Shown in pieces: positions 39,614 through 49,484 of a stretch of DNA of 64,000 nt. Positions within the stretch are counted from its first letter, which is position 1, and each line of letters starts with the position of its first letter. The translations under genes were made by a program, and so were the position numbers. Below the pieces are notes generated by a model, which had not been told where the DNA came from, did not search any database, and saw only the letters and a list, made by a program, of their open reading frames with translations. The stretch is taken from assembly GCA_036918135.1 (NCBI GenBank), contig JBALDB010000008.1, positions 32,001 to 96,000 on the forward strand. Reading direction: 5' to 3'. This DNA is from Nostoc sp. GTDB lineage: Bacteria > Cyanobacteriota > Cyanobacteriia > Cyanobacteriales > Nostocaceae.

Positions 39614-41446
39614 ATGCAGCAGCATTTTTTGGGTGGCATCCGTAGAAAGTTGATCGCCTCGTTTCTCATTGTTGCTTTAATTCCTTTGCTGGTGTTGGCA
39701 TTTATCAACAAACAGACAACTGAAAAAATACTAACTAACAACGCCCGACAAGCCTTATCTGTGGCAGCTAACGAAACTGCTAATAGAATAGATGCCTTTA
39801 TTGATGGAAATCTCAATGCCGTGCGCGTAGAGGCGATTTTACCAGGTTTGGCACGCTACCTTAGCCTAACTCCAAAACAGCGAGATGACAGCCCTGAAAT
39901 GCAATTGGCGATAGAAACATTAATTCGTCTCAGCCGCAAAGATATGCTCAATATTCTCTCCTATGCTTTGCTCGACTTAAACGGCAAAAATGTATTGGAT
40001 ACACGTACATCGAACATTGGCAAAGATGAATCAGTTGAAAATTATTTTAAAAACCCGCTACAAACTGGGTTATCCTTTGTTTCTAGTATGAAGCGCTCGC
40101 TGATAATTCCTGACCTTGTTAACCTCTTTTTTAGCAGTCCGGTTCGCAATGCCAAGGGAGATATATTGGGTGTATTGCGTATTTCATATAATGCTACTGT
40201 TGTCCAGCAGTTAGTAACTCGAGAAACTGAAAGGGCTGGAGCAAAATCATTTGCTATTCTTTTAGATGAACATAATATTTATTTGGCACATAGTACTGCA
40301 CCAAAACTGCTTTTTAAATCAATTGTGCCTCTGCCTTTAGACGTTGTAACTCAACTACAAAGTCAAGGGCGTTTGCTTAATTATTCTCTCAAAGAATTGG
40401 CAACTAATGAGTCAAAACTTAAGCAAGCATTGGATAATCAACAGTCGTATTTAATTACATCTTTGTCAACAACAGGCGAGCGGCTTAATCTGATTGCGAT
40501 CGCTCATTTAAAATATAAACCTTGGTCTGTATTGTTCGCACAGCCCCTTGCTGTTGCCCTAGCACCTGTAGAAAAGCAAATTCGTGACGCAATGTTTCTA
40601 TTTGCAATTATCGCTTCAGTAGTCACACTCATCGCTTTTGCCATTGGGCAACTCCTAACAAAGCCAATAATTTACCTTACCAATATAGTTTTCCAGTTTA
40701 GTGCAGGTAACTTAGATATCCGCGCCAAAATTACTTCAAAAGACGAAATAGGTCAACTGGCAAAATCGTTTAACGACATGGCATTTGAGTTACAAACATC
40801 TTTTGAAACTTTAGAACAACGAGTACAACAGAGAACAGCAGAGTTAGTAATTGCTAAAGAAAAAGCAGAAGACGCGAATCTGAAACTAGAACAATTAGTA
40901 AATTTAGATGGTTTAACTCAGGTGGCTAACCGTCGCTGCTTCGATGGACGACTGCAAGCAGAATGGAAACGCCTTGCACGAGAACAACAATTCCTATCAC
41001 TAATTTTATTCGATGTTGATAAATTCAAATCTTATAACGACTACTATGGTCATCTAAGAGGCGATGATTGTCTAATCACAATAGCGCAAACAGTGCAAGA
41101 GGCAGCTCGTCGTCCTGCCGATTTAGTAGCGCGTTATGGTGGAGAAGAATTTTCGGTACTCCTTCCCAATACTGACTTAGCGGGAGCGATCAAAGTAGCA
41201 CAAAATATTCAGCAAGCAATTCACGATCGGGTCATTCCCCATGCAAAGTCTGATGTCAAGGATATCGTCACCGTTAGTATGGGGATTAGCTCTCGCGTAC
41301 CCACTTTGGATATAAAGCCAGATGTAATCATCGCTTCAGCCGATAAAGCACTGTACGATGCCAAACAAAAGGGGCGCGATCGCTATTGTTACTCGTTAGA
41401 TGGCGTATATCGCTCTTCCATCACTTTCCAAGAGAGCGATCGCTAG
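39614..41446 (+). CDS. Diguanylate cyclase (TM-Cache-like-TM-HAMP-GGDEF)
   Basis: DEIGQLAKSFNDM HAMP; DGLTQVANRR, RPAD I-site, RYGGEEF. Confidence 0.92.
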   Translation: MQQHFLGGIRRKLIASFLIVALIPLLVLAFINKQTTEKILTNNARQALSVAANETANRIDAFIDGNLNAVRVEAILPGLARYLSLTPKQRDDSPEMQLAIETLIRLSRKDMLNILSYALLDLNGKNVLDTRTSNIGKDESVENYFKNPLQTGLSFVSSMKRSLIIPDLVNLFFSSPVRNAKGDILGVLRISYNATVVQQLVTRETERAGAKSFAILLDEHNIYLAHSTAPKLLFKSIVPLPLDVVTQLQSQGRLLNYSLKELATNESKLKQALDNQQSYLITSLSTTGERLNLIAIAHLKYKPWSVLFAQPLAVALAPVEKQIRDAMFLFAIIASVVTLIAFAIGQLLTKPIIYLTNIVFQFSAGNLDIRAKITSKDEIGQLAKSFNDMAFELQTSFETLEQRVQQRTAELVIAKEKAEDANLKLEQLVNLDGLTQVANRRCFDGRLQAEWKRLAREQQFLSLILFDVDKFKSYNDYYGHLRGDDCLITIAQTVQEAARRPADLVARYGGEEFSVLLPNTDLAGAIKVAQNIQQAIHDRVIPHAKSDVKDIVTVSMGISSRVPTLDIKPDVIIASADKALYDAKQKGRDRYCYSLDGVYRSSITFQESDR

Positions 41447-41517
41447 AAGGCTCATCAGGCAATTAATACAAGCTATCCTATTAGAAAAAATGGGTGTTGT
41501 ATTTGTTAATTGCTGTA

Positions 41518-41639
41518 ATATCATGTTCGCCTAATTAGTTATAATTCTCGCTTCTGTGCAAAAATTGGAAAATCCTCTTTCCCCCTGCCCTCTGCAAGGA
41601 CTACGGTCTTAATAAGAAGTCTTTAAGTGAACATGATAT
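41518..41639. repeat. MITE-like element
   Basis: TIR ATATCATGTTC ... GAACATGATAT. Confidence 0.65.
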
Positions 41640-41675
41640 AAGATAGGTAGCGCGATTTAGCCAAGCTGTACTACT

Positions 41676-44558
41676 TTAAAAATTGCTCTCTAGCTGTCGG
41701 GCTACAAGTCGGGCAAATAAACCTTCTTGTGCAATCAACTCTGAGAACTTACCCACCTGCACTACATGACCTGCGTCAATTACATAAATCCGGTCTGCAT
41801 GACGAATCGTGCTGAGGCGATGGGCAATCACTACTCTAGTAGCATTTAACTGAGCTAAACTTTCAGTTACAATCGCCTGGGTACGGTTATCAAGGGCGCT
41901 GGTTGCCTCATCCATTAAAATAATTTTCGGCTTGGAGACTAGCGATCGCGCAATCAATAACCTTTGCCGTTGTCCCCCTGAAAGATTATTACCACCCTCT
42001 GCGATTATAGTATGCATTCCCATTGGCATTTGCTTAATATCGTCAGCCAAGCCTGCCATTTGTGCGGCTGACCAGGCTTCTTCAATAGAAACCAAAGCCC
42101 CGGCGGTGATGTTATCAAAAATCGAGCCTGTGCCAATTTTGCCATTTTGCAGTACTACCCCCAACTGTCGCCGCACAGCTTGGAGTTCCATCTCTGCTAA
42201 GTTTTTACCATCATAATAGACACTGCCTGTTAATGGAGTTTCAAAACCCAACAACAAGCGTAATATCGTTGATTTCCCACTTCCAGAAGCGCCCACAATC
42301 GCGATAAATTCTCCTGGTTCGGCATGGATACTGATATCATTGAGAATTAAGCTGCCATTCTCCGAGTAGCGAAAGCTGACACGTTCTAGGGCAATCTGAC
42401 CGTTTAATTGACCGGGGTTAACCTTAGTTGAATCATACTCCGGCTGCGATCGCCAGATTGACTTTGCCCGTTCCCAGATTGGTACAATACTCCAAATCTC
42501 TGATGTAGTATTGCTGAGGTCAATTACCCCTTTGATAAAAATTGCCGAAGCATAGTTAAAAGCAACGAATATACCAAGTGAGAGACGTGTCTGCATCAAC
42601 AGCATGGCAAACCCAAAAAGCAATATAGAATTTATCAAAGGAAGTGCTTCATTAAAGATAGAAACACCATCTTTAATTTGTTGCGAACTCGCTTTCAGCC
42701 GGATCTGCTGGCTGTACTTTTTTGCCCAAGCCGCAAATGCGCGTTCTTCTGCCATCGCTACCCGCAGCTTGGCGACACCGTTGATTAGTTGTACGCTAAG
42801 TCCCTGAATCACGCCATCGAGTTCTAGCTGTTTTTGTGATTTTTTCACCAATAAAAAGCTAGAAATAACAGTAAATATAGCGGCAAAGATGGCTAAACCA
42901 ACTCCCACAAATGCTAATTGCCAGCTGTAAATAAACATTAGCACCAAGTTGAATAAAGCAAAAACTCCACTCAACAAGGTTCTTTGGGTAGCACCGCTAA
43001 GTTTTTGATGAATTTCCCTCACCGCCATCACGCGGTTAACTAAGTCTCCAGAAGTATACTGGCGAAAAAATCCCGGACTTAATCTCAGTAGCCGATCCCA
43101 GATGGCTGGCTGCAATACGCTATCAGTTGCGCTTTCGATGCGTAGGGTAATAATACTTTGGGCAATTTGAAAAGCGAACTGGGCAAAGGCGACTGCAAAC
43201 AGTACTAATCCAATTTGCCAAAGCATTGCGCGATCGCTTTCTGGAATCGCATTATTAATTAAGATAGCCGTTGCTTGGGGCGCGACCATTCCCAATATCG
43301 TGCCTAGTATCCCGACTACAAAAATACTAATGATGTCCTTTTCATAACCCTTGATTCCGAACCGCAGCAGGTCGATGGCGTTGAGTGCCACTTGGGGTAA
43401 TGGTCGATACAAAATATATGCTGTGGCTGTCAGTGTTTTTGCTACTAACTCATTTACAGGTGTGCGAGTCTGTGCTATCGGGTCAAAGATGACATAATCT
43501 CGATTATCTGTAGGCAACAAAGCCACCGGGCGATTTTCCAACTCGGTATAAGCTAACATTGGGCCTTGGTCTTGACGCCACCAGTCGGCTGCCAAAGTAA
43601 TGCGGCGAATCCGAATTTGGGATGCGCGGGCGATCGCTGCCACAGGGTCTTTAATAGCACTAAAATCATCTGCGGGTGGACGAATCTCTATTCCCAATAC
43701 TCGTCCGACTGCTCCCAGTGCTACTAATAGAGGCGGCCCTTGTTCAAAGAGCGCAACTTCTGGCTGCGGCTGCAATACTGTTGCTAAATCTGAGAGTGCG
43801 TTCTCTATTACTTGCTGATTAAATTGTTCTCGTTGTTGAAACTGACGGAATTCTGCTGCCGCTTCCTTATTTGCTAACAAACTGAAGTAGTCAAAGAAAT
43901 AAGTATGTAGGCATACTAAACTTGTAAATATTTCTTCGGTATTTTTGATATCTGCGGTTAGTAATATCTGTCCGATGACCCCATTTTCTGCCTCCAACCA
44001 CATACCACTCGCAAGCGGAAATGCTAGCGAGGTAGAATTAAGTGTTAGTTCCTCAACTCCCATCCAGCGAGTACTTCCTTGCTGCAACTTCACCCACACA
44101 AGTGTTTGCTGCCACAATAGAGCCTCACCACTCGATAATGAAAAATTCTGCTCAAATGCTTCTACAAGATTCAATGGTGTTGTCAAGACTGTTTGCTGAG
44201 AACTTAGAGATTGTCCTAAATGATTTACCCAACCTTGTAAAAGTTGTATGGCTTGAGAGTCAGCCACACCAATTGCCTTAACCAAATCAGCCGTTGACAT
44301 CTGAGATAATTGGGTGGGTTCAATTGCTACGGCTACAAAACCCCATTGGCTTGCTACTACTTCAGGTAACAACGCTGCACCAAACAATGCTTCACCAGCA
44401 CTGACATGGAACAGATAGCGGTCATGCTCCTCAACAGTACCGTTTTTAATAGCTGCAAACACCGCTAATGTTCCAGACTGTACTATCCAAACAGTTTCTA
44501 GGTTATCCAACAGTAATGGTTCGTTTGCCTGAAGGGAGTATATGGGAAGAGGATTCAC
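41676..44558 (-). CDS. NHLP bacteriocin system ABC transporter permease/ATPase (no peptidase)
   Basis: N-terminal cNMP-like region, WWRQDQGPMLA, ABC membrane domain, GASGSGKST, LSGGQRQR, DEATSALD. Confidence 0.9.
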   Translation of the reverse strand: MNPLPIYSLQANEPLLLDNLETVWIVQSGTLAVFAAIKNGTVEEHDRYLFHVSAGEALFGAALLPEVVASQWGFVAVAIEPTQLSQMSTADLVKAIGVADSQAIQLLQGWVNHLGQSLSSQQTVLTTPLNLVEAFEQNFSLSSGEALLWQQTLVWVKLQQGSTRWMGVEELTLNSTSLAFPLASGMWLEAENGVIGQILLTADIKNTEEIFTSLVCLHTYFFDYFSLLANKEAAAEFRQFQQREQFNQQVIENALSDLATVLQPQPEVALFEQGPPLLVALGAVGRVLGIEIRPPADDFSAIKDPVAAIARASQIRIRRITLAADWWRQDQGPMLAYTELENRPVALLPTDNRDYVIFDPIAQTRTPVNELVAKTLTATAYILYRPLPQVALNAIDLLRFGIKGYEKDIISIFVVGILGTILGMVAPQATAILINNAIPESDRAMLWQIGLVLFAVAFAQFAFQIAQSIITLRIESATDSVLQPAIWDRLLRLSPGFFRQYTSGDLVNRVMAVREIHQKLSGATQRTLLSGVFALFNLVLMFIYSWQLAFVGVGLAIFAAIFTVISSFLLVKKSQKQLELDGVIQGLSVQLINGVAKLRVAMAEERAFAAWAKKYSQQIRLKASSQQIKDGVSIFNEALPLINSILLFGFAMLLMQTRLSLGIFVAFNYASAIFIKGVIDLSNTTSEIWSIVPIWERAKSIWRSQPEYDSTKVNPGQLNGQIALERVSFRYSENGSLILNDISIHAEPGEFIAIVGASGSGKSTILRLLLGFETPLTGSVYYDGKNLAEMELQAVRRQLGVVLQNGKIGTGSIFDNITAGALVSIEEAWSAAQMAGLADDIKQMPMGMHTIIAEGGNNLSGGQRQRLLIARSLVSKPKIILMDEATSALDNRTQAIVTESLAQLNATRVVIAHRLSTIRHADRIYVIDAGHVVQVGKFSELIAQEGLFARLVARQLESNF

Positions 44559-44581
44559 TTCTAGTAAAAAGGTGGCTTGGG

Positions 44582-45955
44582 TTATAAATTTCCAGACAAG
44601 TCTGTTGTACCCTGGTTGTCTTTTTCATTATGCATTGGCACAACCAACACTTTATCTATTCGGTTTCCATCCATATCAATTACTTCAAAGCGTAGTCCCG
44701 CCCATTCAAAATGTTCAGCTAGCAAGGGAATGTGTCCAAGCTGGTTGACAATAAATCCCCCTAAAGTTTGATAGTTGATCCCTGCCCCTGGTGGCAACTT
44801 TCTGATGTCTAAAATCTCTTTAAGCTCGTCAATCGGCAATAGTCCATCTAATAACCAAGACCCATCCTCACGTCTGACTACGTCGGGGTCAGCTAGCTCT
44901 TCACTAGATGGGATATCACCCACGATCGCTTCTACAATATCAGTAAGTGTAACCAAACCCTGTGTTACGCCGTATTCATCCACAATTAAAGCAAGGTGAG
45001 TGCCAGATTTCTTAAATAACTCTAAGAGTTTCAAAGCCTTCATGCTTTCGGGCACATATAAAAGCGGTTTTAATAAGGCTTGCAACTCAATGACTTGAGT
45101 TGGATTTTGGGATAAAAATTCTTTGGTTTGCATGATACCTAACAAGTTATCAACGCTCTCCTGACCGACTGGGAAGAAAGAATGAACACTTTCAATGACT
45201 TGGCTGCGGATTTTTGAGAGCGGATCGTCGATATCAAGCCAGACCATCTCTGTGCGTGGTGTCATAAATGCACTAACTTGTCGGTCGCCAAGGCTAAATA
45301 CTCGCTCTACTACATCTTGTTCAGCTTCCCCCAGCAGACCGGCTTCATGGCTAGCCGCCACTAAAAGCTTCAATTCTTCAGTGGAATGAAGTAATCCTTC
45401 GCCACTTCCTGGTTCCAAGCCTATCAGCTTCAGAACGAAATTTCCTAAATTATTCAAAGCTTCGACGGCTGGGCGAAATACAGCTAAGTATAGTTCTAAA
45501 AGATAGATCACTGCGAAGGCAGTTCTTTCCGTGCGCTGGAGTGCTAGACTCTTCGGAGCCAATTCTCCCAAGACGATGTGAAGAGACGTAATGATTGTGA
45601 AGGCAATTAGTACTGATAAAGTATGGGCGCTAGTTTGGGATAAAGATTTCGGCAGCCAGTGGAAAGCAGGTTCGAGGAGTACAGCAAGTGCTGGTTCCCC
45701 AAGCCAACCTAAGCCCAAGGATGACATGGTAACGCCAAGTTGGGTAGCTGCTAGATAAGCATCCAAGTTATTCACTGCCCGTTGTAAAGCTTTTGCACGG
45801 GGATGGTCTTCTGCAACCAACTGCTCGACACGACTACGGCGGAGGGCAACCAACGCAAATTCCGCTGCCACAAAGAATCCGTTGGCTAGCACCAAGAAAA
45901 TTACAGATAATAATTTGCCCGCAGTAAACCAACTCAATGGACTGTTCATGACCAT
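44582..45955 (-). CDS. CNNM/HlyC-CorC (hemolysin family) CBS-domain membrane protein
   Basis: NGFFVAAEFALV, TQLGVT, GELAPK, MTPR, VDEYG, YQTLGG. Confidence 0.93.
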   Translation of the reverse strand: MVMNSPLSWFTAGKLLSVIFLVLANGFFVAAEFALVALRRSRVEQLVAEDHPRAKALQRAVNNLDAYLAATQLGVTMSSLGLGWLGEPALAVLLEPAFHWLPKSLSQTSAHTLSVLIAFTIITSLHIVLGELAPKSLALQRTERTAFAVIYLLELYLAVFRPAVEALNNLGNFVLKLIGLEPGSGEGLLHSTEELKLLVAASHEAGLLGEAEQDVVERVFSLGDRQVSAFMTPRTEMVWLDIDDPLSKIRSQVIESVHSFFPVGQESVDNLLGIMQTKEFLSQNPTQVIELQALLKPLLYVPESMKALKLLELFKKSGTHLALIVDEYGVTQGLVTLTDIVEAIVGDIPSSEELADPDVVRREDGSWLLDGLLPIDELKEILDIRKLPPGAGINYQTLGGFIVNQLGHIPLLAEHFEWAGLRFEVIDMDGNRIDKVLVVPMHNEKDNQGTTDLSGNL

Positions 45956-45988
45956 TTATTATAATGAATTTCAAATAACGAATTGGTA

Positions 45989-48307
45989 TTATGCCTTTGC
46001 TACGTGAAGTAAACTAACATAAGTTCCGCCTTGCTGCCATAATTCCTCATGAGTGCCACGTTGCACGATTTTACCTTGCTCCAGCACAATAATTTCATGG
46101 CAATCGCGAATTGTGCTGAGGCGGTGGGCTACTACAATACACGAACAACCACGTTCTTGCAAATTGCGGTTAATAATCAACTCAGTTTCGGCATCCAAGG
46201 CGCTGGTTGCCTCATCTAATACTAACACTGTAGGCTTTCTCACCAAAGCGCGGGCGATTTCTAAACGTTGGCGTTGTCCACCACTAATATTCATACCACC
46301 CTCAATTAACTCGAAGTCATATTTGCTTGGTAGTGAGGCGATCGCCTCATGAATAGCTGCATCCTGGCAAGCCTGCACCAAATCAGCTTCAGACACAGTA
46401 GAATCCCAAAGCGTAATATTTTCCCGCACAGTCCCGGCAAATAAAAAGATATCCTGTTCGACCATTGCCAACGAGTTAGCCAACACAGAACGCTTAATTT
46501 GCGATCGCCCTACACCATCAAAGCAGATTTCGCCCTGCCAGGGCTGATAAAGCCCACAAATTAATTTCGCAATTGTAGATTTACCAGAACCACTTCCCCC
46601 CACAAGCGCTATCCGTTGCCCTGGCTTGATAACTAAGCTGAAATTTTCAATTAAAGGAGGTTCAACGCGACTGTACCCAAAGGTGACATTCCGTAACTCA
46701 ACATTACCCTGTAATTGCCAGAGAGATGAGAAAGAAAAAGGACGCGGGAATGAGGGGGATAAGGGGGATGACGAGGATAAAGAAGTATTTTCTCCCCCTG
46801 CTCCCCCTGCCTCCCCTGCCCCCTGCCCCCTGCCCCCTGCCTCCTGCCTCTCCTCCACTTCCAAGTCAACGGGATTTTGCAACACGTCATCAAGGCGGTT
46901 TAAGTCGGCTTCTAAATCTTGGAGTGTACTGCCGAAATTGACAAGACTATTAACTGGCTCTAAGAAGCTTAGTGTTAAACTTTGGTAGGCAACGAGCATC
47001 CCAATACTAAGATTGCCGTTCATAACTTGTAACCCACCAACCAGCAGAATAGAAGCTGTGGTTAAGGCTGTCAAAATTGTGGGTAATGCGGTGAGAATTT
47101 GAGTCTGTAAGTCTAATTCTTGTTGGGCGTTGAGTGCTTTAGCGTAATAACCAGCAAACCGAGCAAATAAATCTGACTCTAGCCCAGAAGCTTTGATGGT
47201 TTCTATTGTTTGGATGCCGCTAACCGTTACACCACCGACTTTGCCATATTCCTGAGCCAGTCGCATATTGGCATCGACGCGAGTTTGCGATAAGAATAGC
47301 AAGGCAAAAATATTGATGGCAGCAAAACCAACTGCGATCGCACTCAGCAATAGGTCATACTGAATCATAATCAGCAAATAAAAGACCATCATCACTGCAT
47401 CAATGATTGTAGTTGCCAAAGGCCCTGAAAGTCTTTGTGCTACCCGGTCATTGAGTTGTATCCGGCTGCTGATTTCTCCAGCAAAGCGCTGGTCGTAAAA
47501 CCCAATAGGCAATCGCAAAATATGCCAGAGAAACTGCCCTGAGGTGCTAACTGACAACTTAACCATCAATCGCCGCAGGTAGGTAAGCCGCAATCTGGCA
47601 AGAAACGCCCGTAAGATTGCAGTTATACCCATTCCTAACAACAAGGGTCGTAGCCACTGCTGTCGGTCTTGGACTAAAATCTCATCAATAAATACTTGGG
47701 AAAAGGCTGGTACTGCTAACCGAGGCAGCGTTAACAGCAACCCTGCCAGCAAGCAAAATATAATAGTTCCGCGTGAGTTTTGTAAGCGGGTACTTAAAGC
47801 TGAAATAACGTGATTTTTTTTCCCCTCTTTCTGGAAATCCGCGCCAGGTTCCATTACCAGAACAACACCAGTGTAAGCGCGGTCAAACTCTTCCCAACTA
47901 ACTGTTCTCCGACCACTAGCGGGATCGTTGAGATAGACGCGTTTTTTGCTATATCCTTCTACTACAAGAAAATGGTTAAAATTCCAAAAGGCAATGTAGG
48001 GGAGACGCATAGTTGTCGCCTTTTCCAGAGATACTTTTAAACCTTTAGCATTGAGTCCATAGTTTTTAGCAGCTTTAATGATATTAAAAGCTTTGCTCCC
48101 ATCCCGTGAAACACCGCATTCTTCACGCAGTTTAGCCAGTGGCACAATCCGACCATAATAGCTGAGAATTATTCCCAGAGCAGCCGCACCACACTCAACC
48201 GCTTCCATTTGCAAAAGTGTAGAAGTGCGGACACGATACGATTTAAATTTGGGGATTGGGGAAGGTGAGGTCCCTGCTGGGGATAAGGGGTAATGGGGAT
48301 TAGGCAT
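45989..48307 (-). CDS. NHLP family peptidase C39/permease/ATPase exporter (5' end uncertain)
   Basis: LQMEAVECGAAAL, CGVSRDGS, FNHFLVVEG, LNDPA; GGSGSGKST; start lies in STRR-like repeats. Confidence 0.9.
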   Translation of the reverse strand: MPNPHYPLSPAGTSPSPIPKFKSYRVRTSTLLQMEAVECGAAALGIILSYYGRIVPLAKLREECGVSRDGSKAFNIIKAAKNYGLNAKGLKVSLEKATTMRLPYIAFWNFNHFLVVEGYSKKRVYLNDPASGRRTVSWEEFDRAYTGVVLVMEPGADFQKEGKKNHVISALSTRLQNSRGTIIFCLLAGLLLTLPRLAVPAFSQVFIDEILVQDRQQWLRPLLLGMGITAILRAFLARLRLTYLRRLMVKLSVSTSGQFLWHILRLPIGFYDQRFAGEISSRIQLNDRVAQRLSGPLATTIIDAVMMVFYLLIMIQYDLLLSAIAVGFAAINIFALLFLSQTRVDANMRLAQEYGKVGGVTVSGIQTIETIKASGLESDLFARFAGYYAKALNAQQELDLQTQILTALPTILTALTTASILLVGGLQVMNGNLSIGMLVAYQSLTLSFLEPVNSLVNFGSTLQDLEADLNRLDDVLQNPVDLEVEERQEAGGRGQGAGEAGGAGGENTSLSSSSPLSPSFPRPFSFSSLWQLQGNVELRNVTFGYSRVEPPLIENFSLVIKPGQRIALVGGSGSGKSTIAKLICGLYQPWQGEICFDGVGRSQIKRSVLANSLAMVEQDIFLFAGTVRENITLWDSTVSEADLVQACQDAAIHEAIASLPSKYDFELIEGGMNISGGQRQRLEIARALVRKPTVLVLDEATSALDAETELIINRNLQERGCSCIVVAHRLSTIRDCHEIIVLEQGKIVQRGTHEELWQQGGTYVSLLHVAKA

Positions 48308-48345
48308 TGGGGATTGGGAACTAGGGGCTAAGGAGTTATATCAAT

Positions 48346-48495
48346 TCACTCTAGCGATCGCTTTCGACATTCGGGGCAATTAACAGTGGTAGCCAGCGAT
48401 GAAGCGTGAGTGTAAATCACCCTTTCACCGCATACGGCTACTAAAATCGCTTTTCTTCCCCAGTTCCCAGGAACGTAATGAATTGTTCTTCCCAC
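48346..48495 (-). CDS. Small Cys/His (Zn-finger-like) protein, paralog B
   Basis: TIHYVPGNW..AVCG..ASSL..NCPEC, paralogous to 49477-49662; start uncertain. Confidence 0.5.
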   Translation of the reverse strand: MGRTIHYVPGNWGRKAILVAVCGERVIYTHASSLATTVNCPECRKRSLE

Positions 48496-49484
48496 TCTTG
48501 GCACAACTCCACCACCCTGTGAATATATTTCTTGGGAATCCTCACCGACTGAGTGGGCGATTTCCACTTAGACTTTCTTCCTTGTCCATTGCCAGCACCA
48601 GCAGTACGCGGCGGCGGTCTGCGTTTTTGTACGTTATCGTTGACCGCCGCATGGATGCGCTGCTGATAATCGTGCGCCATTGGTATGTCCGGCTTTGGGT
48701 CGGGCTGAAATCTGCGGGGGTAACTCCATGCCATTGAGTCAGCAGAATGGAGAAATGAGCGCACCTCGGGATTTTGTAGCGCCAGCATTTTCAAACCGAA
48801 CCAGTGAAGTCGTAGGTCGGGGCGGATTAACTTGATTGAGCGCAAAATATCAGCGACCTCTTGAGGATTTCCGTTTCTGCGGCAAACTGACCCCACGCCC
48901 ACCCATAATCCAGGAATGAGGCGGGTATTGTAGTCGTTCAAGTGCTTGAGATAGTCAGAGATTCTATACCCCTGAAGTACGGGCATAATTTCAACTATCG
49001 GCTTAAGCTTGATTAACCGATCATAGCGTTCAATGGTTAAACGCTGGTGGTCATCTACAGATAAGCCAGTTCGCGCCAAAGCGAAGGGTTCACACATCCA
49101 GTCTTGGGCGACAGTACACAGCAGGTGTCCACACTGTGCCCATCGGTTAATTTGCCAATAATACTGCTCAACGCCGTGCCGATAGCCTCCATGTCGAGCC
49201 ACCTCCGTGAATGCGCCACTGTCCAGAATCCAGTCCCCACAATCGAAGTTACTTTTGCGGTCGCGCAACGCGTTGACGGAAACCATCACCCCTGCTGCGG
49301 GGTAGCCGGGGCTAATGATTCGACTTGCCAGTGACGGGCTACTGCCAATGAAAAACAGCGGCGTACCGAAAGATGATTTCGTACACAATCGCTCGGAGAT
49401 CGCCACATGATTTTGTACGCAATCAGAAACAGACCTATGGTGATTTTGTACGTTATCGTCAAAGGTGGTCATAGTCTCACTCAT
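48441..49484 (-). CDS. TGT-fold protein, DpdA/DUF7221-like, with C-terminal RHH-like tail
   Basis: ILDSGAF, QDWMCEP, PVLQG, GVGSVCRR, LHxFG, SADSMAW in TGT-family order. Confidence 0.75.
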   Translation of the reverse strand: MSETMTTFDDNVQNHHRSVSDCVQNHVAISERLCTKSSFGTPLFFIGSSPSLASRIISPGYPAAGVMVSVNALRDRKSNFDCGDWILDSGAFTEVARHGGYRHGVEQYYWQINRWAQCGHLLCTVAQDWMCEPFALARTGLSVDDHQRLTIERYDRLIKLKPIVEIMPVLQGYRISDYLKHLNDYNTRLIPGLWVGVGSVCRRNGNPQEVADILRSIKLIRPDLRLHWFGLKMLALQNPEVRSFLHSADSMAWSYPRRFQPDPKPDIPMAHDYQQRIHAAVNDNVQKRRPPPRTAGAGNGQGRKSKWKSPTQSVRIPKKYIHRVVELCQEWEEQFITFLGTGEEKRF

